From IMG/VR virus record IMGVR_UViG_3300021091_000011: a stretch of 64,000 bases of DNA. One strand, given 5' to 3'. The translations under genes were made by a program, and so were the position numbers. The notes under the pieces were generated by a model that was not told the origin of the DNA, searched no databases, and was given only the letters and a program-made list of their open reading frames with translations. This document shows positions 63,682 through 64,000 of this stretch, piece after piece; the first letter of the stretch is position 1; every line of letters starts with the position of its first letter. This stretch comes from a virus (Duplodnaviria > Caudoviricetes).

Positions 63682-64000
63682 GCTTTAATACCAAGGCCCT
63701 CTGAGGTCTTCCCTGCCGCCTTGATAGCGTCCTCTAGCTTGTTGAGCGCGGCCTTCACCGTCTGGAACTCGGCCCTTGCAACACCCGTCCCGGCGCTCCG
63801 TTGGGCTTCTACAATGAGGTCGGTGCAGGCGTATACCTTGTCGATGGGGGTATCCCCTTCGTAGCGAAGGGTGCCCGCAACGAGGGCCATTCCGGATACC
63901 CCGTCCGTGTTCGCCAAGTCTGAACGGGGTCCCTGAAGTCCAGCGAGAATAGCCCGGCGTTCTTCCGAACCAGCCGGAAGGCTAGAGGCCAAGCGGATCA
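63678..64000 (-). CDS. Leader-tagged hypothetical protein; start lies beyond the right edge
   Basis: The reverse complement of the window end reads ..IRLASSLPAGSEERRAILAGLQG.. followed by an unrelated domain. Confidence 0.75.
   Translation of the reverse strand, partial: IRLASSLPAGSEERRAILAGLQGPRSDLANTDGVSGMALVAGTLRYEGDTPIDKVYACTDLIVEAQRSAGTGVARAEFQTVKAALNKLEDAIKAAGKTSEGLGIKA

Noticed and set aside
1-64000. Stop-codon reassignment (e.g. TAG recoding as in some large phages)
   Set aside because: Very long ORFs are uninterrupted in the standard code and genes such as 15326-16441 end cleanly at TAG. The only in-gene stop of note (18217) comes with a frameshift.

Overview
This 64 kb window reads as part of a large, lytic-type tailed-phage genome in the standard genetic code. 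I saw no rRNA, tRNA or CRISPR array. It contains: (i) a replication set: RecD2-like helicase, family A DNA polymerase and DnaB (each with an intein), HolA/HolB-like clamp-loader subunits, a SNF2 helicase, a degenerate DnaC-like loader, a stand-alone primase zinc-binding domain and ThyX; (ii) two very large probable virion proteins (about 3240 and 1769 aa); (iii) two accessory regions (about 10-14 kb and 20.6-29.1 kb) made of small gene cassettes, most preceded by one of 13 copies of a bipartite motif TTTTCGGTTTTY-N14-CCGTTTGGATGGTGTAA; (iv) a rearranged, split DNA-methyltransferase locus. The most striking unexplained system is a pair of portable peptide tags. A ~30-aa leader (xDRSALIKLASSLPxGSxERRAILAGL) occurs seven times (one stub) and a short RVAxR[YF]xxA motif four times, attached to unrelated domains including a 2H phosphoesterase, a metallopeptidase polyprotein and a sigma-like protein. 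One locus appears to record a new domain being captured in frame behind the leader. I infer a virion-cargo targeting/processing system; this is untested. Other candidates are a tandem structured RNA with compensatory substitutions, a possible 14-nt translational bypass next to a DPPY motif, an array of paralogs sharing one N-terminal domain, and a thaumatin-like lipoprotein. All family names are from motif recognition by eye, not database searches.
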